Made by a program: the position numbers and the translations under genes. From contig BCKQ01000003.1 of the NCBI GenBank assembly GCA_001600695.1, positions 838,003 through 902,002 of the forward strand: 64,000 nt of DNA. Reading direction: 5' to 3'. This DNA comes from Ascoidea asiatica JCM 7603. Its lineage: Eukaryota > Fungi > Ascomycota. The number at the start of each line of letters is the position of its first letter. The first letter of the stretch is position 1. Below are positions 22,701 through 34,530 of this stretch, in pieces. The notes under the pieces were generated by a model. It did not search any database, had not been told where the DNA came from, and worked only from the letters and a program-made list of their open reading frames with translations.

Positions 22701-25123
22701 TTATTCTGAGATGAATTGATTACTGTATTCACTTGTTTATCAGATGGGTTTGATGTTTGAATATATTGATTATGATATGGACCTTGAATTTCTTTTACAT
22801 TTGGAATCATACTTTGAACTTTAGCTTGAGTCTGAGATTGTTTTGGGATCTGATGAGATTTTTCATTTGAAGTGAGAATAGAATTGGAAGCAGGTATTGA
22901 ATTGGAATAAGAATTGAAATTGAAGCCATTAGAATATAAATAGCTTTCTTTATTATCATTGTTACTCTTCCTATTATTATAATAGGGTATATTTTTATCA
23001 TCAAAATCATTATTAAGTATATTATTGATTTTGTTTGTTCGATGAATAGGCATTGTTATTGATTTATTTGGATTTGGATTTGGATTTAAAATCTGGGATT
23101 GATTTAAGGTATGAGGAAGTGTCTGAACTTGAGAATGAGGACGAGGCTGGCCATGAGATTGAGGATGAGATTGAGATGGAGCCAGATATTTGAAAGATTC
23201 AGTTAATGGAAAAGTTATAGGCTGAGTTGGAGGAGGAGGAATTGGATAGACAGATGATTTTGGTGGTGATTTTATTGGATGGTTATAATAAGAGTTTCCA
23301 ATTGTAGAAACATTATTTTTATTAATTTTTGTTGAAAGTGAAGGTGGAGTACCTCTAGCTATTTGAAAGTTAATTTCTGGAGATCTTTGGAAATAATATT
23401 GAGATTGAGATTGAGACTGAGGCTGACCAGAGTTACTTGAAATTAAATGAGAATTAGTTTGACTTGGATTTATAATTGAATTATGGCCCTGGTTTTGATT
23501 TGTAATTGTTATATTTGAGGGAGTATTATTATGACTTTGAATATTTGAGGGTGGGAATCTTTTGGGATATGAATAAACGGGACTTTCCGAAGAAATAACG
23601 GGAACAGTGGGAACATTGGGAATAGCGGGGCTAATGTGGTTGGGCTGAACGGTGGAATTATAGTTTAGAGGTGCAGCTGAGCTAAAACTAAGATTAGTGC
23701 CTGGAGATGCAGATGGACCGTTTTCAATTCCAATTTTTCTGTTTAAAATTGTTCTTGAGATTCTGGTTTGCTGAGAGTCCATTGGCATTAAAGACTGGGA
23801 TTGAGATTGAGATTGAGATTGTAAAGGAAATAAAAATGGAGAATTAAACTGATCATTTATATTTTGATTGGAATTAAGCAAATTATTGGAATTTATTGGA
23901 TTAACTTTCATATTGCTCATATCATTTGTTTTTGATCTTGATTTTGGTTTAGGTTTTGATTTTGATCTTACTTTAGTTTTTGGTTTAGTCTTATTTAGAA
24001 TCTTAGTTGAAGAATTTTTTATAGAAGAAAAATTAGTACTTGGATTGAAATCAGGATTAGGGAATGTAGATGGAAGTGGATTACTATTAACAAGCTGATT
24101 TACAATTTGAGTTTGATTTGGAATTAATTTGGAATTTGTAATAGGATTTGTAATAGGATTTGAATTAGAGCCAAAACTAGGATTGATATTTTGATTTTGA
24201 TTTTTATTTTTACTTTTATTACTATTATTAATATTATTAACATTATTATTAATGAATTCATTTGAATTTGGATTTAAATTCAAGTTTGAATTAGGATTGG
24301 GATTTGGATTTGGAAGTATATTAGAGTTAGGATTAGAATTAAACCAATATTTATTATTATATTGAGAACTTGCTGGATATTGATTTTGATTAATATTTTG
24401 GTTAACATTTTGATTACTATAATTCAGATTATTGATATTTTGATTTTGGGATTGTAATGAATTAAACCTTTGATCATTACTGTTATTATTATTTGAATTA
24501 TTATTGGAATTAAGAATATTTGATTGATAATTGGTTTGAGGATTTGAATTATAAGTATTTAAATTTGATGAGTTTAAATCTGAATTTGGTTGAGTATAGT
24601 TAAATGAATTATAGTTATTATTATTACTACTATTAGTATTATTATTGGTAGTAATAGCAGTAGTAGTTATAGTATTATTATTACTATTATTATGGACAAT
24701 ACGCTGAAGATTATGTTGAGGCTGATTTTTAGAAGAAGTAGAAGTTGCAACAGGTAAAGAATAGTTGAAATATTCTTGATTTTGTTGTCCTTGACTATAG
24801 TTGATTATATTAGTATTGTTATTATATGGTATAATATTTTGATTTTGATTATTAATCTGATTATTAAGTAATGAGGGTTGATTAATTTGTTGATTAATTT
24901 GCTGATTATTTTGATGAATAATTGGTTGATTATTATTGAATTGATTAATTAAATTAATTTGATTATTATTTTGATTATTATTTTGTTTTATATTATTATT
25001 TAAAGAATTAAATTGATTATTAATATTATTATTTATATTGTTATTAATAATATTTGAATCTTTAGTTTGCCTCTTACGTTTTGAAGAAGATAAATTATTA
25101 TTTCTTGATCTTTTAGGAGGCAT
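19787..25123 (-). CDS. SDS3: Sds3-like (Rpd3L HDAC complex) protein with very long N/Q/S/P-rich N-terminal extension, 1778 aa
   Basis: C-terminal ~400 aa carry Sds3 hallmarks: NRKRRAQSL..KL..F, EERDFELVRLKLWDFYRLN (recalled yeast Sds3 ERDLELVRLRLFEEYRVS) and terminal LKGLTNDEINNDLILI. ORF uninterrupted. Confidence 0.7.
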   Translation of the reverse strand: MPPKRSRNNNLSSSKRKRQTKDSNIINNNINNNINNQFNSLNNNIKQNNNQNNNQINLINQFNNNQPIIHQNNQQINQQINQPSLLNNQINNQNQNIIPYNNNTNIINYSQGQQNQEYFNYSLPVATSTSSKNQPQHNLQRIVHNNSNNNTITTTAITTNNNTNSSNNNNYNSFNYTQPNSDLNSSNLNTYNSNPQTNYQSNILNSNNNSNNNNSNDQRFNSLQSQNQNINNLNYSNQNVNQNINQNQYPASSQYNNKYWFNSNPNSNILPNPNPNPNSNLNLNPNSNEFINNNVNNINNSNKSKNKNQNQNINPSFGSNSNPITNPITNSKLIPNQTQIVNQLVNSNPLPSTFPNPDFNPSTNFSSIKNSSTKILNKTKPKTKVRSKSKPKPKSRSKTNDMSNMKVNPINSNNLLNSNQNINDQFNSPFLFPLQSQSQSQSQSLMPMDSQQTRISRTILNRKIGIENGPSASPGTNLSFSSAAPLNYNSTVQPNHISPAIPNVPTVPVISSESPVYSYPKRFPPSNIQSHNNTPSNITITNQNQGHNSIINPSQTNSHLISSNSGQPQSQSQSQYYFQRSPEINFQIARGTPPSLSTKINKNNVSTIGNSYYNHPIKSPPKSSVYPIPPPPTQPITFPLTESFKYLAPSQSHPQSHGQPRPHSQVQTLPHTLNQSQILNPNPNPNKSITMPIHRTNKINNILNNDFDDKNIPYYNNRKSNNDNKESYLYSNGFNFNSYSNSIPASNSILTSNEKSHQIPKQSQTQAKVQSMIPNVKEIQGPYHNQYIQTSNPSDKQVNTVINSSQNNMANQLQTPQSFYSPYNNSFKDSSTKHLNTIPINKTAGYPSILNNSLNEIGKLNNSKFSTQKSLETSNKKDTNLPQRRKTDMMSLLNPISTPLYPNNKSKPNSIYNIISNTPFNSNTNSNSFLNSEMIPSSSKSSESSHYNEIKFISSTTIKNDNLKINNILNSPLTNKESSNLNSTKKSEISSTSEQTKGFNEPVFNLKEKYEKNEIKEKNDKKVKKVKKDKKERKAKKVKNNSNSVKSNSYIQDIVEKKPKENLKFTSSPVVQNENFDKSKKLKAINIDQSIKDDFFSITNEIPKSSNQNESLLKFDNVQKENISRANLNPNNNNSNFDNLLKATELVVAKESNGIRHSNLTSEPMICDEEISSAVGILFTIYNDSKRNLIEKKKQNSISNTKNSSITKVDDENDILIEEDDELGPLNIIEPEEVEEFLKTEPTPPKSWLNVTKKELSHRNSRVSKNENVKEKEKKKKRVKNSTIQKNLEVIEEIKSFKDRNDKDKDGSITEIFSKNAMYPNFEVHNDEFNIDDKSLSNEDNANKTENLSIITDPSKLISKGNNEITAIVSNSNRKRRAQSLYKNYSKLDNFTESNKNLILEKEIEEKENLLKSLFLLPPNLSISDILSNEELLNPSNCDVEKLNELIDNEKDIREERDFELVRLKLWDFYRLNLNLKIFLKDNFNIYEKIYLHLQNKLENLKNYLENQKTKLKANNNKELFDVNSKLSNNLLYGFNETDEFLEKIDESIRDIIAGNESDDEENKKDDNLSNEKENHETNAIENSSKRRKTKELLIKKAYSTSNNYDNNGLSVFDNNSKHSMISLIEGFSPLITEESVRLAIDEAIGDKNKKLTYKKYYDEKHNLNNSKEDLKLNSFLSNGENEIRNSNFISVNNSDSNESGSDIRNSTNKNSETDSLNPVGRKRTRGRKRGVSKNGFLVKIIKEKNEKEVSLSRKRAPGLKGLTNDEINNDLILINNI

Positions 25124-28100
25124 TTTTTTTTAATAATGATAAATTATAATAGAGAATGACAAAATTTAACTTAAAATACAAAATGTAAATAAATTTAAAT
25201 TATATTTATGATAAAATTAAAGAAAATATATGGATATAGATAGATTATATGGAAGAAAGAAAGAAAGAAAGTATTTAAAGATTAGTAGATTTAAATGAAT
25301 AAGTATTATCAGTAATTATTAGAGTATTTGATATATATTATAAATAGGATAATGAATATGATAATGAATATGATATTGAATATGATATTGAATACAGTAA
25401 AATTTAAAATAATAAAAGGATTATTTTAAATTGAGAAGGAAAAAATGTATTGATAAAATAAAAAAGAAAATGAGTATTAATATGGCTTACAATTAATATA
25501 TTATAAAAAAACAGAGAGAATATCTCAGTAATTAGTGTAGTAAGAAATAGAAATTTAGTGTATTGAGTTAAATAGTTGAGTAAATTAGATCAATGTATTG
25601 AAATATTATTATTATTATGATTGATATTGATAGTGATAATGGAAAACAAACAAATTGAATTCAAAAAGCATGAATAGTAAGTAATAATTAATTAATAGTT
25701 AATTAATAATTAATTGTTAATAGGCTATTTGAATTTATGATTAAATAAATAAATGAATATTCAAATATTTAAAAAAAATAGTTGAAAAAAGATTAAAAAT
25801 ATGCTGAAAAGAAGAAAATAAGTTGAAAATAATTTGAAAATAAATTAAAAAAAAGTGGAAAAAACCTTGAGAATACTAATGAATATGATACTGGCAAGTT
25901 TAATTAGAAACCTGATTGAGAATAATACAAGAATTAGAATTAGAATGAGAATAAATGAAAGAATAAGAGTAAAAATGAAAATAAAAGGCAAATAAGCAAA
26001 TATTATTATTATTAGTATTATTATTAGTATTAGTATTAGTATTAGAATTTTATTTCAAAATTATTTCATAATTATTTCATTATTATTTTATTATTCTTAG
26101 CCTGCAAAAGTATCACAATCTGTTGCAATATTCATCCATATGAATTAGCGTCAGGAGTTAAGGCACGCGGACTGTAGCACCTCAGCGTGGGAACCTGGAA
26201 ACTGGGCCCTGCAAAATGCCCCAGGCTGCTCGGGACCCCAAAAAGCCCAGGTGTCCCAAGGACACAATGGCCCAATTGCCCAATGACCGCTTCTCTAGAC
26301 ACAGTTGCTATTCAAAGATTGTTGTTCCCGCGACTCGGTTTCCCGTCGGTGGGCGCGGGAAAAGAAACTTTAACTGACAACGGTGGGTGTATTTAAAAGC
26401 GGGTCAATGTAAAAAATGCTTTTACTTCGGAACACAAAATTATCGGAAACCTGAACCCAAATATGTGCTACAGTAACCTGGGCAGTACCACAGGAAGGAG
26501 CACAGTATCAAAGTGGATTAATCAGCTCGTACCATTCACATTGCTTCTTCCTATCACTCCCTATCAATTTACTTCAATCTTTAAATCCAATACCAGAGTA
26601 GTCATGTCTTGAAGTACTGCTGTCTGGAAGTATTGTGCTGTCTTTGTGTCTCGATGAATTGATATCATTTACAAACAAAAAAGAAGTATTTTTAAAACAA
26701 TTTCATTTTCAATGACTGTTACTCAGTTGTAGAGTTTTTTGGGGTTGATTTTTGTTATTCAACATTCCAGTATTTGTATGGTTGCAATAATCCCCATTTC
26801 TGCCTCATTTTTTTTTTTTTTTTTTGAATCCAGGAACTTCTGGCTTGCAAACATGAAATTTTTTTTTAATCTCTGTAGAGATATAAAAAAGCATTCTTTT
26901 TCAAAATTCTGTTTCAACCCAGATGAAATTAAATACTAGGAAGGATAAATCATTTATTAATGTACCAGGATATAAGTCTTAAATGGGTTTCTTGGGCTTT
27001 TTTCGCTATTTAAATACTCCATGTTCTATGGTATGATTTCAAGATTATACTCAATAAAACACAATAAAAGCGCTAATTTGAATCATCTTTACCACACACT
27101 AAAATATAAAATATAAAATTCAACATAAATAAAAATAAGGTTGAAACACCAATCTTATGTGCACCTAATAGATCAATTTGTTATTATCCTCAACACTGAG
27201 TTTACAGTTTTTCCACTTATCAAAGCTGAGATAAGCCATCAACCACCGGTTTTCACCGAGCCTTGCTGGCATTTTTGATTTTTCTGAGTTCGATTAAGTT
27301 TGATTGGGAATTTATTTTGGTGATATTTTAATTTAATTTTGCCTACAAAATCCATTCCATTTTTTTAATTTGGTTTTTCGGGTCTGTTTTACATAATTGC
27401 GGGTTTGTATACCCCAGAAACATTCTGATGAAGTCACAGTCACGTGAAATACACGGATCTATAATTTTGATTTTGTAGAGCCGTATCCGGAAGATGTATC
27501 ACATGACTTGCATTTCTTGGTGCCAAGAAGCACGGGTGCTGTTGCAAAGACAAAGACGAAGGCAGGGTGACTGCTTCCAACCGAGGGAGTGTTGCTGGGC
27601 TTGCTTGGTCCGGCTTGCTCTGGCTGCAATCCGTGGGATCTTCGTAATTTCTCCGGCTTATCCAATCAATTAATAAAATATTCCACGTGTTTTAGTAATA
27701 TAGAATGAAATGTATTAACATTTTGTCTTCTTTTTTTATTTTGTTTAGTTTTTAAAAATCGTGAAACCCTTTATAATCAGTATTTTATTTTATAAACTAA
27801 ATGATATAACTTTTTTATAAATTCCTTTATCTACCGTGGGCCTAAGTCTAGGGGTTAAACAAAATTAATGCTCATCATGAAATAAAATGGATTTAGCGAT
27901 AAAGGTTAAATAATTACTGATACTGAAATTGATATTGATATTAATTTATTGATGATTAACTGGTTTATTAGTTTAAACAACTGAATAAAAAATTTATTGT
28001 TTTTTTTTTATTCAATAAAATATTTCTCAATTTATTAATATATTTAATTAAAGGACTCAAAGTTTTTAATAGATTTAATAAAATATTCGAGCAAGCAAAT

Positions 28101-28795
28101 AAATTCAAAATAACTGTCATATTTTGAAAATATTGTATATTTCTTGAATTCCTCTTGATTTTAGAATACATTCACCTAAAACAACCATAATATATACATT
28201 TTTTTTTATTTTCCCATATAATTTTAAAATATTATATAATCCCTTAAAAATTTATTAATATTATCAAAGACTATAGATAAATTATTAAAATACACAATAT
28301 AAAACATTAATTTGCAAAAAAAAATTCAGTTTTAAAATTGTTACATCAAAAACAATCTATCAAATAATTTTTTTTGGTTTTACCAAAAGGGATATTTTCA
28401 TAACTTTCTCAATTTTTAAATCAGTATCCAATATTATATTCTATCAATATATCTAAGAAACTTATCTAAAAGATATAAGAAAATTATTTTAAAAGATTGC
28501 TATTAACTAAATTCCTCAAATTTATTCCTTGAAACTGTTTCTTAAAAGTATTCTCTAAAAGTATTCCCTAAAATATTTTTCAAATAAATCAAATTATCCC
28601 ATAAAGTTTTATTCAATACCTCATTTTATTCATTAGAAATTATTATATTATTATATGAGAATGCTTATATGATAAAATAAATTCAAATTCTACAAAATTT
28701 CCATAATAAAAAATATATTTCATACATTTATTTATATAAACAAAAAAAAAATTCAATTTAAAAAATATAAATTTAAAATATAAATTGAAAAAAAA

Positions 28796-30907
28796 ATGTC
28801 TGAATCAATACCTAATTTATACCCTACTGCAACTTCAACTCCATTATTAGTTTCCTATTTATCATCAACTACTTCTGCCTTAGCTGATTCTTCATATCCA
28901 TCCCCTTCCTCTTCATCATCATCTTCTTCTTCTTCTACAAATTGGACTGCAAATAAACCGTCTGCTGTTTTATTTTTTATAGCTGTAGCTGTTGGTGTCT
29001 TTATTGCTATTTTATTTATATTCTTTACCATAAGATACTTCTTAAGATCAAGAATTGGTATACATTTATCAACTTCTTCAAATCAAGATTTACAAGATTT
29101 AACTTCAATTTTATTATTCGATTATTATAATCATGCCCATAATAATCAATCACACAATAATAATAACAACAATGATGATAATAATGACAATAATAATGAT
29201 AATGACAATGACAATAATAACAACAACGATAATAATAATAACAATAACAATAACAATAATGCTGATATTAATCAAGAAATTCCTCAAAGACCAAGAAGAT
29301 CAAGATTTAGAAATTTCTTTTATTCTTCAAATACCTACCATTTACCTCAACATCAATTCACTTTATATCCAACTTATAATTTTTTAAATTATGAATTAAA
29401 TAATTTTTCAAATTTAAATAATCAAAATTCTTCAAATTTAAATAGATCAAGAAGAAGATATAAATATTTAAAAAGAAGAAAATTAAGTAAAATTGAAGTT
29501 GAATATTTATTTCCAAATAGAACTTATATAAATTGGTTAAATGGTGGTGCTGAAAAAGATGCAATTGAAAGAAACATTCATGATCAAATTAAATATAATG
29601 ATGTTAATATTGATCAAGATGAATTTAATGAAAAATTAAATAATGATCTGGATGATGATGATAATCATAATACTACCGATAATAATAACAATAACAATAA
29701 CATCACAGATATCAATAATACAAATACTACTTCTACCAAAAATAAAAATAATCTTAAACTTCCTAATAATACAGTAAATAATGGTAGTAACCCTTCAGAT
29801 ACAACACTTACTATAATAAATTTAACTTCTTCTCCAATAATAAATGATGTGGATAATATTGAAAATGATATAACTGCAAATTCAATTATAAATTCGAAAT
29901 TTTCTCCAATAATTTCTAATAAATTATCTATTAATAAAACTTTAAGTCCTACAACTGAAAATAATTTAATTGAAAAAGAATATGATATAGCTGAATTACA
30001 TCCTTTAAATACATCTAATAATAATAATCATAATAATAAAGATATTATAAATAATATTACAACTACTATTAATGATCAAAATCGTGATACAATAATTAAT
30101 AATACTCCTCATTTTACTTCAGGAATTTGTGCTATTTGTATTGAAGAATTTCAAGATGATGATAATGTGCGTGGTTTAATTTGTGGTCATGTATTTCATA
30201 CTGAATGTATTGATCCTTGGTTAACTACAAGAAAAGCTTGTTGTCCAAGTTGTAAAAGAGATTATTTTATTAAAAATTCAAATTTAAATGCTAAAACCAA
30301 TTCAAGACATAATAGACGTCTTCGTCATCATAATCGTCATGATGAATCTATTGAAAATGATAATAATGAAACAGTGAATCCTCATCTTGAATTATTGGCT
30401 CAAGAAGAAATTGATGCTTTAAGAGAAGAAGAAGAACAATATCTTCAAAATATTAGAAATCAACATAATAATCAACCTGATTCCTTTAATGAATATTTCA
30501 ATCGTTTTAGACCATTAGATATTAGAGCAAATGAAGTTCTAATTGCCAATCCAGAATTTGAGCAATTATCAGTAGATAAAATCAACAGTTCATTTTTCAA
30601 TTGGAGGTATAGATTTTTTTGGAACGTTATGGGTATAACTAAAAGGGATTTAATTAATGCTTTTATTATTTGTTTGGCCCATCGTCAACATGAAAATTCA
30701 ACAAATGAGAGTAATGATGCTGACTCAAACAATAATACAACTAATCCTAATTCTAGTGTAGCTAATAACGATATCACTAATTCGACTTCAAATGCTGCTA
30801 ATAATAATACTTCTTCTACTAATACCCAACCTATTGGATCTATTGAAGAGACATCTGAATCTCATAGGATTGCAAATGATCGTCATTCACTTGATAATGC
30901 AGTCTAG
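28796..30907 (+). CDS. Single-pass membrane RING-H2 E3 ubiquitin ligase, 703 aa
   Basis: TM helix VLFFIAVAVGVFIAILFIFFTIRY; RING-H2 CAICIEEF..VRGLICGHVFHTECIDPWLTTRKACCPSCK. Confidence 0.88.
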   Translation: MSESIPNLYPTATSTPLLVSYLSSTTSALADSSYPSPSSSSSSSSSSTNWTANKPSAVLFFIAVAVGVFIAILFIFFTIRYFLRSRIGIHLSTSSNQDLQDLTSILLFDYYNHAHNNQSHNNNNNNDDNNDNNNDNDNDNNNNNDNNNNNNNNNNADINQEIPQRPRRSRFRNFFYSSNTYHLPQHQFTLYPTYNFLNYELNNFSNLNNQNSSNLNRSRRRYKYLKRRKLSKIEVEYLFPNRTYINWLNGGAEKDAIERNIHDQIKYNDVNIDQDEFNEKLNNDLDDDDNHNTTDNNNNNNNITDINNTNTTSTKNKNNLKLPNNTVNNGSNPSDTTLTIINLTSSPIINDVDNIENDITANSIINSKFSPIISNKLSINKTLSPTTENNLIEKEYDIAELHPLNTSNNNNHNNKDIINNITTTINDQNRDTIINNTPHFTSGICAICIEEFQDDDNVRGLICGHVFHTECIDPWLTTRKACCPSCKRDYFIKNSNLNAKTNSRHNRRLRHHNRHDESIENDNNETVNPHLELLAQEEIDALREEEEQYLQNIRNQHNNQPDSFNEYFNRFRPLDIRANEVLIANPEFEQLSVDKINSSFFNWRYRFFWNVMGITKRDLINAFIICLAHRQHENSTNESNDADSNNNTTNPNSSVANNDITNSTSNAANNNTSSTNTQPIGSIEETSESHRIANDRHSLDNAV

Positions 30908-32012
30908 ATTTAGTGAATATTCTGCTCTTCATTAGACGATACGAGACTTTTTTTGTCTCTTTACATTTTTTGTTCGTCTATTCTTTTCCTTAGTATATCC
31001 TACGGTTTTTTCTTCCCTCACATAATATTCTTTGGTTATTTTCTTACTTATCGTTTATTAATTTTGAACATTTTTTGATTCTTTTTTTTGATTTTATGAC
31101 TGCTTTCTGATTATTTATTGGTTTTATTGGTTTTATCGTTGCAGCTATTTATACATTTTACATTTAGCCTTAATCAATTGAGCTTCTTGATTTATGAAAT
31201 TAACTTTTTTTAGCATATTTCTTTTTTAATTCTCTTCAATTCCTATTTTTAATTTTATATTCTACTTTAATACTTGTGAAACTACTGTAGTAAACTTACA
31301 ACTTTCGGATCTGTAGACCATTTATCTTTAAAAATAGACCACTTGTAACTTTCCTTTTTTGTTTCCCAAAATTTTGATGATTTTAGACTAGGTATAAGAT
31401 TCATCAAAGAGCGTGAAAAAAACATATCATGTAATTATAACTTGATGTCTAGAAAATTTATTAAAAGCTATTTATTTATTTTCTCATAGGTTTCGAGGGA
31501 AAGTTTTTGTTGTAAAATGTAAATTAAAGTACAATTAACAGTAGGTATAATTTTGGAAAAAAATTTCAAATATAAAAAAATATAAGAGTAATAAAGTTTA
31601 GAATGAAAAAAAGAACGACGACAGATTTAAAGAAAGAGAAATTAAACTATAAAGAATAATTTTTAATAATTAAATAAACAATAAAAAAATTTGTTCAAGA
31701 AAAAAGTAAATAAAAAAAACATCACAATCTGCTGAAACAGAGCATAAACTGAGAACAGTGGAAAATGTATGAATGCCATAAATAAAAAACCAATATACAT
31801 AGTAAACAATATAAAAAATAAGAAAGAAGAAAACAAGAAAATACACGATGGATATAAATGATATAAAAAAAAAAAGAAAAATTTTCAAGCTTTAATAAAA
31901 CTAAAAGTGATTTCATATTCCTTTTTTAATTTGTTTTTTTCTATTAGTAGTTTTTGTTAAAAGAGTGCTGAAAGATTATAAGGTAAACCATGTAATATTA
32001 TATATACAGAAA

Positions 32013-34021
32013 TCATTTTTTTGATTTTGCAACAATTTTCCAACCATTATCATCAACATCATCAACGGTTAAAGCAGCTGCAGCTTTTTCTAATTGAGTT
32101 AATTGTTCTTTTTTTGGAGCAATTTTTACAGATTTATTTTCTTTATCATCATCATCATCATCTTCAGTAGTTAATACACTATAAATTGATTTTTTTGGTT
32201 TAGGTGGAGCAACTTGAAGTTCTTCATTTTTAGATTTTGGATTGATATATGAATGATTTTTAAATTGACGAGGATTTGCATGAAGTTTTTCACCACGTTT
32301 AGACCAATCAAGTTCTTCTTTCTGTTCTTTTGGATCTCTTGATGAAGATTTTCTTCTATAAGTATTTGGTTTCATATTATTATTATTATTATTATTATTA
32401 TTGTTGTTGTTGTTATTATTATTATGATTCTGTTTTGAATTATTGAAAGATCTTGGACCAGTACGAGCAGAACCCCAATCAAGTTCAGGTTCTTCAATAC
32501 GTGGTTTTCTTTCTCTAAAATGAGGTTTGAAAGCTTGTTTATCTTTTTGAATTTCATTTGAATCATTTGAATCATTTGATTCAGTGATAATTTCATCATT
32601 ATTATCTTTTTTAAAATCTTTTTTAAATTCTTTTTCTTTTTTTGGAATAGATGGAGGTAATTCAGCTTTTTCTTTTACAGCAGATTCCCAATCAAGTTCA
32701 GGTTCTTCTTTTCTTGGTTTTCTTGGTTCCCTTGGTTCTCTTTGTTCTCTTGGTTCTCTTCGATGATATTTTTTTTCATTAAATTCATTTTTTTGTTTTT
32801 CTTCTTCAGTTTGTGGAGGTAATTCAATTTTAGTTGAACGAGCAGCACCCCAATCTAAATCAGGTTCTTCTTTACGCAATGGTTTTCTTTGTCTTGAATT
32901 ATGACGTTCATTTGAAATAATACTTGAAGATCTTTGATTTGATTGTGGTAAATCAGCTTTTTCTTTTAAAGCTTTTTCCCAATCTAAATTATCTTCTTTA
33001 AATTCACGATGTGGTCTTTCAAAACTTCCAGTTCTTGGAGTATTTGGTCTTCTATTTGATCTTTGTCTTTCAGAATTTAAATTTGATGGAGGTAATGAAA
33101 TTTTTTCATCACGAGCAGTACCCCAATCTAATTCAGGTTCAGGAGATTTATTACGACCACCAAAATCATTATTATCATTATCATCATAATTTCTATTGAA
33201 ATTTCCATTACCTCTACCTCTTTGTTGAAATCTTGAATTTGAACCACTTCTCATATTATTATTATTGTTGTTGTTGTTATTATCTAAAGGAGGTAATGGA
33301 CCACCAGATCTTAAATTTGACCAATCAATTTCTTTTTCTTCTCTTGGACCAGAATTTGAAAATCTATTATTTGACATACCACCACCACTATTCATTCTAT
33401 CATTTTTATTTGGAGAAGCAACATTAATATAAACTTTTCTACCATTTAATTCATCACCAGAATATTGTAAAATATTTTCAAGATCATTTCTATTTTTAAA
33501 AGTAACAAAAGCAAAACCTCTTAATTTAGATCTATCCATATTATCTCTTGGTAGAGTTAAATCATCAATTATATTACTATTTGATTGTAATTTTTGATTT
33601 AAATAATCACTTAATGAATTTTCATCAGCATCCCAAGGTAAATTATTAATAATTGCTTTATATGGAGGTTGATCAGGAACAGGAAATTCTTCTCTTACAG
33701 GTTTTGAAGAATAATTTGAAGTTGTACCTTGACGATAACTATCAGATCTATTACCCATATTATTTGATAAACCAAAACCAGAAGATGCAAAACGAGATTG
33801 AGCTTGCATTGTTGGAACAGAAATTGAAGAAATATCAAGATCATCATCAGCCCATGAACCACCTAAAGATTCATCAGCAAGAAAGGATGCTAAATCCATT
33901 TTTTGAGCCTTTTTTGGAGCTTTATATTAAAGAAGAAATAAAAAAATTTGATATTAGTAACATTTTTACTTTAAATGAAAATTGAATGAAAATATATAGA
34001 TGAATAATAATACATACCCAT
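32013..34021 (-). CDS. TIF3: Translation initiation factor eIF4B, 636 aa; spliced: exon1 34021-34018, exon2 33919-32013
   Basis: MDLASFLADESLGGSWADD N-terminus, RRM (INNLPWD, RGFAFVTF), about 7 (E/D)LDW repeats. Splicing gives MAPKKAQKMDL, matching recalled yeast Tif3 MAPPKKTVKKMDL. Confidence 0.93.
33920..34017 (-). other. Spliceosomal intron of TIF3, 98 nt, phase 1, non-consensus branch and acceptor
   Basis: ATGG|GTATGT at 34017; branch TACTAAT (33959-33953); 3'ss AAG (33922-33920); frame preserved. Confidence 0.85.
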
Positions 34022-34438
34022 TTTGAAAAAATTTGATAATTTTTTTTTATAAATTTAATTAAAAATAAATTAATTATTAAAAGATTATGTTTGAAATTTT
34101 AAATAAAAATTTCAATATTTTATATATTTATATTCTTTTATTTGTAAATATTTAAATATATGTGTATATATATATATATAGATAGATTAAATTCTATATA
34201 AAATATAAGATAACTATATAAAAAAAAAAAGAAAGATATAATAAATATATTAAAGGAAGTAACAATCACAAGAATATATCAAGCAATAGAATAAATTATA
34301 TAATCTAATAATGTGTATGTAATGTAATAATAGTAATAAAAATAAATTAGAATAATTATTCAAATTGCTGAATTTTATTGAGAGTTTAGATTGAAAGTAA
34401 TTGATTGTTTTTGCTTAGACGACACTTTGTAGAAAAAA

Positions 34439-34449
34439 TGAAAAATTTT
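34439..34449. promoter_or_regulatory. RRPE element upstream of TIF3
   Basis: TGAAAAATTTT about 420 nt upstream of the ATG; fits a translation factor gene but is AT-rich. Confidence 0.4.
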
Positions 34450-34530
34450 CCTTTAAAGTTATGAAAAAAATTAAAGGCATTTTTGAAAAAGAATGAAACG
34501 ATGAAAGTTTGCTGTGAGAAATGTTAGCAA

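Noticed and set aside
25534-25545. AGTGTAGTA resembling the U2 branch-recognition sequence
   Set aside because: Flanks do not match the conserved U2 5' region.
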